Source: a virus
Taxonomy: Duplodnaviria > Heunggongvirae > Uroviricota > Caudoviricetes
IMG/VR virus record: IMGVR_UViG_2663763326_000006
Length of the DNA: 36,849 nt
Direction: 5' to 3' (one strand)
The first letter of the stretch is position 1. Every line of letters starts with the position of its first letter. The translations under genes were made by a program, and so were the position numbers. Below are positions 18,376 to 28,405 of this stretch, in pieces. The notes below the pieces were generated by a model. It was not told the origin of the DNA. It was given only the letters and a program-made list of their open reading frames with translations, and searched no databases.

Positions 18376-18834
18376 ATGGCTTCCGATAACCTGGTCAGTA
18401 TCACCATTAACGATAAGTCCCTGCGCCGGAGCCTCCGTGCGCTGGATCTTGCTGCCACAGACCTGGAGCCCGCGATGCGCAAAATCGCCGGAACCCTGCT
18501 GGCGGAAACACAGTTTAACTTTCTTGATGAGGGGCGTCCGGGGTGGATGCCCTCGCTGGCAGCGGAAGAACGTGACGGGCAGACACTGCAGGATACCGGG
18601 CGTCTGATGGGGTCAGTATCAACCGACCATGACGACCGGCAGGCTGTTGTGGGGACCAACGTTGTTTACGGTGCCATTCACCAGTTCGGGGGTAAAACGG
18701 GGCGTAATGAGTCTGTTGAACTTCCGGCCCGCCCGTTCCTGCCGGTGACGGGGGATGGAGAACTACAGCCTGAAGTGGTAATCCCCATCCTCGATACCAT
18801 TGTCCGCCATCTTGAATCAGCGGCCCGTCGCTGA
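18376..18834 (+). CDS. virion morphogenesis protein (Mu G-like, 152 aa)
   Basis: Size and position after F-like gene. Confidence 0.65.
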   Translation: MASDNLVSITINDKSLRRSLRALDLAATDLEPAMRKIAGTLLAETQFNFLDEGRPGWMPSLAAEERDGQTLQDTGRLMGSVSTDHDDRQAVVGTNVVYGAIHQFGGKTGRNESVELPARPFLPVTGDGELQPEVVIPILDTIVRHLESAARR

Positions 18835-18880
18835 GTTTTCTCTCTTCAGGCGGGTGATTTATCATTGCCAGCGAATGAGG

Positions 18881-18920
18881 GGCTGTATTACCTTTATAAA
18901 GGCTTTACAGCCTCTGTTTT
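18881..18920 (+). terminator. hairpin (GGCTGTA ... TACAGCC enclosing palindrome CCTTTATAAAGG) followed by TCTGTTTTAT
   Basis: Located in the 214-bp non-coding gap after the G-like gene. Confidence 0.45.
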
Positions 18921-18983
18921 ATAACCGCCTCCGGTTCACCGCATTGCTTTCCCTGTCCTTCTCCCCTGATGTTTTCTAAAGCA

Positions 18984-18993
18984 GATTAAAATC
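18984..18993 (+). promoter_or_regulatory. GATTAAAATC motif, candidate late-promoter element upstream of protease/scaffold gene
   Basis: 56 bp upstream of ATG 19049; followed by GC-rich CGCCGGGCC like the other three copies. Confidence 0.35.
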
Positions 18994-19048
18994 GCCGGGC
19001 CTGCATTTCTCACAAACTGTCTCCGACAACATAACGCGGGACAGCAAA

Positions 19049-20164
19049 ATGTCAGCCATTCACATTTTTAAAGCCGGTACTCATACCGATATGCACGGCA
19101 AAAAACTGCCGTTCACGCCAGACGATCTTGCCGCCTGCGTGAAAGCCTATGACCCGTCCGTCCATGAAGCACCACTCGTGATTGGTCATCCCAGAACGGA
19201 AGACCCGGCGTGGGGCTGGGTGAAAGCCCTGTCGCTCAGCGGCGTCGATCTGATGGCAGAGCCTGCCCAGCTGGACCCGCAGTTTGCTGAGATGGTCACC
19301 GACGGACGATTCAAAAAAGTGTCCGCCTCTTTCTACCTCCCGGATTCACCGTCCAATCCGAAGCCCGGCGTGCTCTACCTTCGCCATGTGGGCTTTCTCG
19401 GGGCACAGCCACCTTCCGTCAAGGGGCTGAAACAGGTGTCCTTCAGTGAGCAGGAAGAAGGTGTGGTGGAGTTCGCCGACTGGCAGGCCATCACGAATGC
19501 CTCCCTGTGGGGAAAGCTGCGCGATTTTCTGATCGCCCGCTTCAGTCTGGACGAGGCAGAAAAAGTCCTGCCGGAATGGCAGCTCAACAGTCTGCGCGAA
19601 GAGGCGTACCGCGACACACTGTCGCAGGATGCAGCAGGTGCACAATTCAGTGAGACAGGCCCGGGGCCGTCTTCCGCAAGTAACGAGGAATCATCGATGA
19701 CAAAAGAAGAGATTGAAGCCCTTCAGGAGGAGAACCGCCGCCTGAAGCAGCAGGCTGCTGATCGCGATGCGCGTGATGCACAGGTCAGACAGGAGCAACT
19801 GCATAAGGACAATGTGGCCTTTGCAGAAAAACTGGTCGCAGAGGGCCGTCTGGCTCCCCGCGCCTCCTCCGTGGTGGTTGCCCTGCTGGATGCCGTCGCC
19901 GGTGGCGACAAGCCGGTGGAGTTTGCTGAGGGGGAAAGCCGCACACCGCTGGCCACCGCCTTTCGTTCATTGCTCTCCGACGGGGAGCCGGTGATGAATT
20001 TCGCCGAACAGGCCACAAAAGAGCGTGTCGGCGACACGGTGAAGGTGGATGTGGCAGAGTTTGCGGAAGCCGATCCTGAGCGTCTGGCCCTGCATCAGAA
20101 AGCAGTGGCCCTGTCCAAAAAAGAAGGCATCAGCTATGAGGCTGCTGTCGCACGCTGCCTGTAA
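19049..20164 (+). CDS. head protease/scaffold protein (Mu I-like, 371 aa)
   Basis: Position immediately before major head subunit; acidic coiled-coil C-terminal half typical of scaffold domains. Confidence 0.7.
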   Translation: MSAIHIFKAGTHTDMHGKKLPFTPDDLAACVKAYDPSVHEAPLVIGHPRTEDPAWGWVKALSLSGVDLMAEPAQLDPQFAEMVTDGRFKKVSASFYLPDSPSNPKPGVLYLRHVGFLGAQPPSVKGLKQVSFSEQEEGVVEFADWQAITNASLWGKLRDFLIARFSLDEAEKVLPEWQLNSLREEAYRDTLSQDAAGAQFSETGPGPSSASNEESSMTKEEIEALQEENRRLKQQAADRDARDAQVRQEQLHKDNVAFAEKLVAEGRLAPRASSVVVALLDAVAGGDKPVEFAEGESRTPLATAFRSLLSDGEPVMNFAEQATKERVGDTVKVDVAEFAEADPERLALHQKAVALSKKEGISYEAAVARCL

Positions 20165-20178
20165 TTTAAGGAGAGAGC

Positions 20179-21132
20179 ATGTCTGATTACTTAAAAGGTA
20201 AACGTGTCGTTGATCCGGTACTGACCAGTATCGCCCGTGGCTATAAAAATGCCGCATTCATCGGCGAACGTATTTTCCCCGTCGTGCTGACGGACAAGGA
20301 AGGCGTGCGTGTACCGACCTTCGGGAAAACCGCCTTTGTGGAATATGACACCGAGCGTGCCGTCGGGGCGGACAGCAATGTTCTGGTCCGTGAAAAAACA
20401 GGCACGCTGGACCTGGTGCTGGGTGAACACGATCTGGCTGCGCCGGTGGACTATCGCGAGCAGGCGGAGTCCATGTTTAACGAAGAGAGCAAGGCCATCC
20501 GTCGCGCCACGAATGGCGTGAACCTGCGCCGTGAACTTATCGCTGCCCGTCTGGCTCAGGATGAAAAGGTCTACCGTACCGGGCACGTCAAAAAACTGAC
20601 AGCCAGTGATCGCTGGGCCGGTGGTAAGGGGGACCCCATCGGGGTGATTGAAGCCGGTATGGAAGCGGTCCGTACGGCCACGGGGCTGCGTCCTAACCTG
20701 ATGACCATGGGGGCCGGCGTGATGGCGCTGCTGAAGTTCCACCCGGCGATTCAGGCCGCCATCGGAGCCAACGAACGCAAGCGCATCACCACAGAAATCC
20801 TGCAGGACCTCTTTCAGATCGAAGAGATCGTCATCGGTGCCCCAGTCTCCCTGCCGTCCATGAAAGCGGCAATGGATAAGAACAGCGTGCCGGCGGATAT
20901 CTGGGGAGACAATCTGATGCTGCACTATGTCGGCAAACCGCAGCCGGGGGCGGACAGCGCGGACGAGAACGAGCCGTCCTTCGGCTACACCCTGCGTCGT
21001 AAGGGGATGCCTGTTGCCGACAAATACGACGGAGCCGGTGGCAAGGTGAAGTACTGCCGTTATACCGATATCTACAAAGTCGCCGTGGTTGGTGGCGATG
21101 CCGGGTATCTCATTACCGGTATCAGTAAATAA
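20179..21132 (+). CDS. major head subunit (Mu T-like, 317 aa)
   Basis: Size, strong RBS, position after protease/scaffold. Confidence 0.8.
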   Translation: MSDYLKGKRVVDPVLTSIARGYKNAAFIGERIFPVVLTDKEGVRVPTFGKTAFVEYDTERAVGADSNVLVREKTGTLDLVLGEHDLAAPVDYREQAESMFNEESKAIRRATNGVNLRRELIAARLAQDEKVYRTGHVKKLTASDRWAGGKGDPIGVIEAGMEAVRTATGLRPNLMTMGAGVMALLKFHPAIQAAIGANERKRITTEILQDLFQIEEIVIGAPVSLPSMKAAMDKNSVPADIWGDNLMLHYVGKPQPGADSADENEPSFGYTLRRKGMPVADKYDGAGGKVKYCRYTDIYKVAVVGGDAGYLITGISK

Positions 21133-21141
21133 GGAGGCGTT

Positions 21142-21927
21142 ATGGGAACCACTCAGCAGGTCATTCTGATCACAACCGTAACGGCAGGGGCAGCACTGGC
21201 ACAGCAGCGTTTTGTCGGGGCAGATAATACCCCCTGTAAAGCCGGTGCCGCAGCGCTCGGGGTTGCCGAAGTGGATGCTGTTACCGGCGACAGCACGCCG
21301 GTGAGCGTTCTGGGCATTATTGCTGTCGAGGCCGGGGCCGCTGTCAGCCGTGGTGTGGCTGTTCAGTCAGATGCTCAGGCCAGAGCCGTGCCGCAGTCCG
21401 GCGACGGTAAATCCTGTGGTATTGCACTTGATGAAGCCGGGGTGAAGGCGACGTCATTCGTATCCTGCGCGGGGTGTGACATGTACTGCACCCTGGAGGA
21501 TTTGCTTGCGCAGGTGCCGGAGCGGACGCTTATCGAGCTCACCAGTGAAGAGATGGACTTCGACTCACCTGCAACAGTGAATACCCGTGTGGTGGACAGC
21601 TGTATCCGCTATGCCGACGAGCTGATTGATGCCCATCTGCGCGGACGCTATATCCTGCCACTGGCAGAGATACCGACTGTTCTGCGGGACATTGCCATCA
21701 CGCTGGTCCGTTACCGGCTCTACGCCCGCCGCCCGGAAGGTGACCTCCCGGATACGGTGAAGGATGACCACAAAGAAGCGCTGCGGCAACTCAGGGAGTT
21801 ACGTGATAACAGGCTCACGCTGGGGCTGCCGTCCACTCAGAAAGATGTGCCTGAGCCTGGCGAGTTTCGTGTACGCAGTCGCCCGGCCACTTTCGGCGGT
21901 CGTGACGGTTTACTGGAGAAATACTGA
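21142..21927 (+). CDS. two-domain head-associated protein: DUF2190-like N-terminus fused in frame to Mu gp36-like C-terminus
   Basis: Gly/Ala/Val-rich N-terminal 112 aa; internal MYCTLEDLLAQVPERTLIELT resembles the usual start of gp36 (DUF1320) proteins. Confidence 0.5.
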   Translation: MGTTQQVILITTVTAGAALAQQRFVGADNTPCKAGAAALGVAEVDAVTGDSTPVSVLGIIAVEAGAAVSRGVAVQSDAQARAVPQSGDGKSCGIALDEAGVKATSFVSCAGCDMYCTLEDLLAQVPERTLIELTSEEMDFDSPATVNTRVVDSCIRYADELIDAHLRGRYILPLAEIPTVLRDIAITLVRYRLYARRPEGDLPDTVKDDHKEALRQLRELRDNRLTLGLPSTQKDVPEPGEFRVRSRPATFGGRDGLLEKY

Positions 21928-22391
21928 TGAACGTTCTGCCCGTCCTTGATGCGGTACTGGCCCGGTTACGCGAGAAGCTGCCGCAACTGCAGGTGGAGTA
22001 CTTCCCGGAGAAACCGGCTGAATATCGCCTGAACCATCCGGTTGGCGCGTTGCTGTTGAGCTATGCCGGTTCGCGCTTTGACAGGCCGGATGATACCGGT
22101 GCGGTGATCCAGTCTCAGACTATCCAGCTCTGCGTCACGGTGGTCTTCCGCCAGCTCAACGGTAAAAAAGGGGCGATTAATGTCCTGGATGCTGTCCGCC
22201 GCATTCTCGGTGGCCACACCCCGCCCGGCTGCCGCCGCCGTATCTGGCTGACCCGCGAGGTGTTTATCGGTGAAGTCAGGGGGCTGTGGCAGTACGCCCT
22301 CGACTTCGCGACTGAAAGCGTCTTTATCGAAGACAGCGATTTACCGTCCGGCCCGCTGTTAACCGAAGTGAACTATGAGGAAAGCGAGTGA
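21927..22391 (+). CDS. Mu gp37-like head-tail protein (154 aa)
   Basis: Synteny and overlap coupling. Confidence 0.5.
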   Translation: MNVLPVLDAVLARLREKLPQLQVEYFPEKPAEYRLNHPVGALLLSYAGSRFDRPDDTGAVIQSQTIQLCVTVVFRQLNGKKGAINVLDAVRRILGGHTPPGCRRRIWLTREVFIGEVRGLWQYALDFATESVFIEDSDLPSGPLLTEVNYEESE

Positions 22392-22642
22392 TGAAAGAAT
22401 ACCGCTATTCCGGCCCGGCCAGCGGCGTCACGCTGTCGGACGGAACCGAAATCCTGCTCTGGCCGGGGAAGACGGTTTCCCTGCCGGAGGAGCATGACTA
22501 CGTGAAGGTACTGGTGGCGCTGAAACATCTGACGCCGGTACCTGAAGAGACTAAACCCGCCGGCACACCGGCTGTGCAGTCACCAAAGCGCAGAAGCAGC
22601 AGTGACAGCGAAGTGAAAACGGAGGACACCCATGGCAGCTAA
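22388..22642 (+). CDS. Mu gp38-like small protein (84 aa)
   Basis: Synteny; overlaps neighbours. Confidence 0.45.
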   Translation: MMKEYRYSGPASGVTLSDGTEILLWPGKTVSLPEEHDYVKVLVALKHLTPVPEETKPAGTPAVQSPKRRSSSDSEVKTEDTHGS

Positions 22643-24059
22643 CTATCTGCATGGTCCCGAAACCATTGAGGTGGAAAACGGTGCCCGCCCGGTTAAAACG
22701 GTGAAATCTGCCGTTATTGGCCTGATTGGTACCGCCCCGATGGGGGATGTCAATACGCTGGTACAGTGCCTGTCTGAGAAAGACGCAGCGGCATTTGGCA
22801 GCCAGTTCACCGGCTTTACCATTCCGCAGGCGCTGGATGCGATTTATGACCATGGTGCAGGCACCGTTCTGGTCATTAACGTCCTCGACCCGGCGAAACA
22901 TAAAACGGCGATCGAGGATGAGGTGGTTACCTTTGACAAATCGACAGGGCAGGCCAGACTGGCGCATCCGGTTGTCGCTAATGTGGTGGTGAAAAACAGT
23001 GAAGGCAGCACCACCCACACGGCGAACACGGACTACCGTGTTGATGCGCAGGCGGGTGTGCTCACGAACCTGGGCAAGGCTATTGAGGCCGGTGGCAGCG
23101 TGAAGGTGAGCTATGAGTACGCGGACCCGTCGAAGGTGACTGCGGCGGACATCATCGGCGGGGTGAACAGCGCCGGAAACCGAACCGGCATGAAGCTGCT
23201 TAACGACAGCTTCAACCTGTACGGCTATTTCGCCAAAATTCTGATTGCGCCGGTGTTCTGCACCCAGAAGAGTGTCGCAGTTGAGCTTATCGCCATGGCA
23301 GAGAAGCTGGGCGCGGTAACCTACATTGATGCGCCTGTCGGTACCACCTTTGCACAGGCTCTGGCAGGTCGTGGCCCGGAAGGCACCATCAACTTCAATA
23401 CCAGCTCCGACCGCGTCCGTCTGTGCTATCCGCATGTGAAGGTATATGACCCGGTGACAAACACAGAGCGTCTGGAGCCGCTCAGCCAGCGTGCAGCAGG
23501 TCTGCGTGCCAGAGTCGATCTGGACAAGGGCTACTGGTGGTCATCCTCCAATCAGGAGATTCTGGGGATCACCGGCGTGGAGCGCCAGCTGTCCGCGATG
23601 ATTGATGACCCGCAGAGTGAGGTGAACCTGCTTAACGAACAGGGGATCACCACGGTATTCAGCAGTTACGGCAGCGGCCTTCGTCTGTGGGGTAACCGGA
23701 CGGCAGCATGGCCAACGGTCACCCATATGCGTAACTTTGAGAACGTTCGCCGCACCGGTGATGTGATCAACGAGTCCATTCGTTATTTCAGCCAGCAGTA
23801 CATCGACATGCCGATTACTCAGGCGCTGATTGATGCACTGACGGAGTCGGTCAACGCCTACGGTCGCAAAATGACTGGTGATGGTGCGGTACTGGGCTTC
23901 CGTTGCTGGTTTGATCCGGCCCGCAATCCGGAGACGGAGCTGGCCGCCGGGCACCTGTTGCTGAGCTACAAATATACGCCACCACCGCCGCTGGAGCGAC
24001 TGACGTTTGAGACTGAGATCACCTCGGAATACCTGTTAACCCTGAAAGGGGGCAACTGA
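22632..24059 (+). CDS. contractile tail sheath protein (475 aa)
   Basis: Size and position directly before the tube gene. Confidence 0.85.
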   Translation: MAANYLHGPETIEVENGARPVKTVKSAVIGLIGTAPMGDVNTLVQCLSEKDAAAFGSQFTGFTIPQALDAIYDHGAGTVLVINVLDPAKHKTAIEDEVVTFDKSTGQARLAHPVVANVVVKNSEGSTTHTANTDYRVDAQAGVLTNLGKAIEAGGSVKVSYEYADPSKVTAADIIGGVNSAGNRTGMKLLNDSFNLYGYFAKILIAPVFCTQKSVAVELIAMAEKLGAVTYIDAPVGTTFAQALAGRGPEGTINFNTSSDRVRLCYPHVKVYDPVTNTERLEPLSQRAAGLRARVDLDKGYWWSSSNQEILGITGVERQLSAMIDDPQSEVNLLNEQGITTVFSSYGSGLRLWGNRTAAWPTVTHMRNFENVRRTGDVINESIRYFSQQYIDMPITQALIDALTESVNAYGRKMTGDGAVLGFRCWFDPARNPETELAAGHLLLSYKYTPPPPLERLTFETEITSEYLLTLKGGN

Positions 24060-24580
24060 TGTCAAAGATTGAGATAAACCGCATCACGAATGCCAACATC
24101 TATCTGGATGGTACTAACCTGCTGGGACGGGCTGAGGAAGTTAAACTCCCCGATGTCTCCATGATTATGCAGGAACACAAGGCGCTGGGGATGGTGGGTA
24201 AGGTGGAACTCCCGGCTGGTTTTGACAAACTGGAAGGCGAAATCAAATGGAACAGCTTTTACCGCGATGCGATGCTGTCTGCCGCGAACCCGTACAGGTC
24301 GCTGGCACTGCAGTGTCGTTCCAGCGTCCAGCGCTACAGCTCGCAGGGGCTGATTGACGAAATCCCGCTGGTCACCTTCCTGACGATTATGTTCAAGAAG
24401 AACCCGCTGGGGACGTTCAAACAGCACGAGAACGCCGAGTTCTCCAGTAGCTTCACCTGCACGTATATCAGACAGGTACTGGATGGTGAAGAGCTGCTGC
24501 AACTGGACTATCTGGCCAACATCTTCCGGGTCGGCGGTGTTGATCAACTGACTGACTACCGTATCAATATCGGGGGCTGA
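24059..24580 (+). CDS. tail tube protein (173 aa)
   Basis: Size and ATGA overlap with sheath gene. Confidence 0.8.
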   Translation: MSKIEINRITNANIYLDGTNLLGRAEEVKLPDVSMIMQEHKALGMVGKVELPAGFDKLEGEIKWNSFYRDAMLSAANPYRSLALQCRSSVQRYSSQGLIDEIPLVTFLTIMFKKNPLGTFKQHENAEFSSSFTCTYIRQVLDGEELLQLDYLANIFRVGGVDQLTDYRINIGG

Positions 24581-24582
24581 CG

Positions 24583-24864
24583 GTGAGTGTTGAACTGACG
24601 GATAAAGGAGGACGATGTGCGGCACTGGGCATGTCAAATGGTACGTGGTTTACCCTCCTTGATATTCCGGGGGTGGAAACCCTTTTTAATACCCGTAAAA
24701 CCAATGACCCGATTGACTGCACACGTTCAAAGGCCCGCAAACTGGCGGATTTGATTGAAGCATGGGAGCCTCCCGACCACTGGTTCTCCGGCATCGGCAA
24801 ATCTGAGGGAAAGACGCTTCTCATCGCTTTCCTGCGTAACTGCAAGGGGTTTCGCACTTGCTGA
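24583..24864 (+). CDS. hypothetical protein after tail tube (93 aa, GTG start)
   Basis: ORF ends just before a terminator hairpin; no recognisable motif. Confidence 0.35.
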   Translation: MSVELTDKGGRCAALGMSNGTWFTLLDIPGVETLFNTRKTNDPIDCTRSKARKLADLIEAWEPPDHWFSGIGKSEGKTLLIAFLRNCKGFRTC

Positions 24865-24871
24865 CATCACA

Positions 24872-24895
24872 GGGGCTCCGGCCCCTTCTTCTTAA
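24872..24895 (+). terminator. rho-independent terminator GGGGC-TCCG-GCCCC followed by T-rich tract
   Basis: GC stem-loop followed by TTCTTCTT. Confidence 0.5.
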
Positions 24896-24899
24896 TCTC

Positions 24900-24909
24900 C
24901 TTTAATATC
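24900..24909 (+). promoter_or_regulatory. CTTTAATATC motif, candidate late-promoter element upstream of chaperone and tape-measure genes
   Basis: 53 bp upstream of ATG 24962, immediately after the terminator. Confidence 0.35.
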
Positions 24910-24961
24910 CGTCACGCGCTTCTCCCGACATACTGCCCTGAACTTACACAGGAGCACAATC

Positions 24962-25297
24962 ATGTCACAGACCCCATCCGATACTTTTAAATTGTCTTAT
25001 CCCTTCACCACTGCTGCAGGCACCAGAATTGAGCTGGTTGAACTGAAACGCCTGACGGTAAAAGACCTGAAGCAGGTGCGCAAAATCAGCAAAAACCCGG
25101 CAGACTGGGACGAACCGCTGATTGCCCGCAGTACTGGTCTTCTCCCGGAGGATCTCGACAATATGGATCTGGCTGATTACCTGCAGTTACAGAAACGATT
25201 TCAGCTCATCACGGGGATGGGTGAGAGCAACCAGGGCGCTGACGCAGGCGCAGGGGCTGCTGGCGAGATGGTTCCGGTTTCAGCCGGGGGAGATTGA
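24962..25297 (+). CDS. tail assembly chaperone (P2 gpE-like, 111 aa)
   Basis: Small acidic protein between tube and tape-measure genes; overlapping ORF in +1 frame encodes an acidic extension. Confidence 0.65.
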   Translation: MSQTPSDTFKLSYPFTTAAGTRIELVELKRLTVKDLKQVRKISKNPADWDEPLIARSTGLLPEDLDNMDLADYLQLQKRFQLITGMGESNQGADAGAGAAGEMVPVSAGGD

Positions 25298-25379
25298 TGC
25301 CCTCGATACTGACGATCTGGAGATGTGGCTGGAGCAGGCTGAAGAGCAAATCAAAAGCGAGTACGGCGACAAATCATAG
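25287..25379 (+). CDS. frameshift extension of the tail assembly chaperone (E-prime-like)
   Basis: +1 frame reads EIDALDTDDLEMWLEQAEEQIKSEYGDKS from a GGGGG run three codons before the chaperone stop. Confidence 0.4.
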   Translation, partial: GEIDALDTDDLEMWLEQAEEQIKSEYGDKS

Positions 25380-25454
25380 TACAGACAGCCGCCAGTAGCG
25401 GCTGTTCTGCGTTATCCCCTCACGTCTTTTCACCTTCCCCGGAGGTTAACCACT

Positions 25455-28405
25455 ATGTCGGGACAGTTTTCAGTCGGCGTTGTTATCGGCGGGATGATTG
25501 GCAGCACATTCCGTTCTGCAATGAGCGGTACCCGCCGTGCGCTTGATTCCCTGAGCGATACCTCACGCCGCCTGCAGGAACGTCAGAACGCTTTAACCCG
25601 TGCAACAGAACGTTATGGTCAACTGGGTTCTTCCCGGATGCAGCATCTCAACAGCGAGCTGCTGCGGGTAAGCCGCACCATGGAGCAAATTGAGCGCCAG
25701 CAGCGCCGTCTGTCAGCGGCATCCGCTACCAGTGATGCGCTGAAAGCTAACCGCATGGCGCTGTATGGTCAGGGGATTGAAGCGTATGGCATGGCACAGA
25801 CTGTTTATCATACGGTTTCCCCTGCCGTTCAGCAGTCCATGTCTTTTCAGGACAAAATGATTGATATGTCGATCACCGCAAAATATGACAATAAAACGCG
25901 GGATGCACTTGCCGGACAGATAAAAGGCTGGGCGCTTAAATACAATCAGTATCAGGATGAGCTGCAGGAGGCGATGGGTTCACTCATCAGCGACAATATT
26001 GATAATGTGTCAGATATCGGTTTTCTGATGCCGGATATTGCCCGCGCGGCAACGGCAACACGCACGTCTGCTCAGGACTGGGCAAAAGTGGCCGCAGTCT
26101 GGCAAAACTCCCTGAAAGGCGCGGCCAGAGATTTTGGTGCCGTTCAGAATATTATGGCTTATGCCGGTGACCAGGGGTCATTTGAAATCCCGGATCAGGT
26201 CAAGTGGATGCAGTCCCTGGCCCCAATGATGGCGGGTATTGCCAGTGGAAAAGAGGCTGTTGCTGAAATCGGGGCCAGTCTCCAGATAGCAAAAATCGGT
26301 GCAGGTTCCACCGACGAAGCAGCCAATAATTTTAAAAACTTTCTTACCAAAATTTTTGCCCGCGATACTCAGAAACAGTTTGCTGATCTGGGTATTGATT
26401 TGCAGGGATCTATTGCGAGTTATAAAGCTGCGGGGATCTCTCCGATTGAAGGGATGTTGAGTGTTATAGAACGTTACCTCAATGCCAAAAGCCCCGAAGC
26501 GCTGGCCGGCTTCAAATCAGCCATGAAAATAAAGAATGATACGGCAAGAGATGAGGCACTTCAGGCTCTGGCGAAAAACTTTGGTCTGGGCGATATGTTC
26601 GCGGATATGCAGGTCATGGCATTTATCCGCCCGATGCTGGCCAACATGGACAGATATCGAGAGATCCGTGCCGGTGCTCTCAGGGCTGCGGATAACGATT
26701 TGCTTGCCAGTGCTTATGATCAGCGGCTGAAATCTCCCCTTGAAGCCACTAAAACACTTATGGTCAGCAGTCGCGATCTGGCAATTACGCTGGGCGATCA
26801 ATTAGCTCCATCTTTTATTTCTCTGACTCAGGACTTGCTCCCACTCATTCAGGGGACAAAACACTGGGTGGCGACTCACCCGCAATTTGTCAGTGGGGCT
26901 TTTAAGCTCATCAGTGCGCTCCTTGCGATTAAGATAGCGACTGTTGGTCTCAAACTGGGGCTGAATCTCCTTATTTCCCCCTTTGTGAACGTCTGGAAAA
27001 CTGCTGTTTTACTCCGGACCAACTGGCATCGACTGACTACCGCACTCGGAGAAGGTGGCAAATTACGCTGGCTTGTCACTGGATTCAGCCGACTGACCAG
27101 CGGAGGACTGAAACTCAGCAAAGTTCTGGCGGGCAGCCTCGTTCGCGGTTTTATGAGCGCTGCACGTGCCGTTCTCTGGATTGGGCGAGCGCTGATGATG
27201 AATCCCATCGGTCTCGTTATCACCGCTGTCGCGGCAGCAGCTTACCTTATCTACCGCAACTGGGGGCAGTCAGTGGCTGGTTTAAACAGCGCTGGGCTGA
27301 CATTCAGGAAGCCTTTAACGGCGGTATCGCGGGAACTGGTAAGCTGCTGATTAACTGGTCGCCGGCAGGCCTGCTCTATAAAGCCTTTGCGGCTGCGCTG
27401 AAATATTTCGGCGTTACTCTGCCGGCAAAGTTCACCGACTTCGGTGGCCATCTTATCGACGGTTTGATTAACGGTATCAAAAACAAATGGGGGTCGCTCA
27501 AATCCAGTGTAACCGGAATGGGTGACAGCATCAGTAGCTGGTTTAAACAATGCTGGGCTGACATTCAGGAAGCCTTTAACGGCGGTATCGCGGGAACTGG
27601 TAAGCTGCTGATTAACTGGTCGCCGGCAGGTCTGCTCTATAAAGCCTTTGCAGCTGCGCTGAAATATCTTGGTGTTGATCTGCCGGCAAAGTTTACCGAC
27701 TTCGGTGGCCATCTTGTCGATGGTCTGATTAACGGTATCAAAAACAAATGGGAGTCGCTCAAATCCAGTGTAACCGGAATGGGCGACAGCATCAGTGGCT
27801 GGTTCAGCGAAAAGCTGGGCATTCATTCGCCGAGCCGCGTGTTTATGGGCTTTGGTGACAATATCGCGCAGGGGGCCGCCATTGGCCTGCAGCGGACCAC
27901 TCCGCTTGCAGCTCTGGCCGGGCAGCGAATGGCCAGTGAACTGCTCCCCAGAATGCCCGTGAGCATTCAGGGGCCAGAAATACGGGATAACACTTCAGGT
28001 GTTCGCTTCAGTATGCCGTTGCCCGATATCAATGGGTTTATGTCGTCTGCTAAAAATGCGATCGGAGCCGTAATCAATAGTTTGTCTTCCATGCCCGCTA
28101 TTCCGCTCTCCACCCGGGCATCGATTTTACCAGGGCAACGTCTGGCAAATGAGATGACACCGGATGTTCCCCGTATCCCCTCGCCTGAAATCCTGGCTGC
28201 CGGATATTCAGGCCGTGGTGCAGCTGCAACCGGCGGTGGAACGTCTGGTGGTATCCAGGTCAGCTTTAATCCTCAGTTTTTCCTCAATGGCAGGGAAACC
28301 ACAGCGCCTGCAGGACTGACTGGTGCCCTGAATATGAGTCTGCATGAGCTGGAAAAAATGCTGGAGCGTCTGCTGGCTCAGAAACAACGTAAGGAGTACC
28401 GCTGA
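25455..28405 (+). pseudogene. tail tape-measure gene split by a frame break (25455-27350 frame 0; continues in frame 2 to 28405)
   Basis: Frame 0 ends in a junk tail at 27350; frame 2 continues as a credible product from about 27267; break coincides with GGGGG at 27262-27266. Confidence 0.7.
27276..27797 (+). repeat. tandem direct duplication, 2 x 261 bp (87 codons), inside the tape-measure gene
   Basis: Two near-identical units (GCTGGTTTAAACA ... GACAGCATCAGT) differing at a handful of positions. Confidence 0.85.

Noticed and set aside
21432-21483. TGA-C-ATG junction at 21477-21483 as evidence of two separate genes at 21142-21927
   Set aside because: The frame ending in that TGA is open for only 15 codons behind an upstream stop, so it does not define a separate upstream gene; kept as a possible fusion instead
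22551-23435. 294-aa minus-strand ORF antisense to the tail sheath gene
   Set aside because: Shadow ORF inside the sheath gene; no independent support
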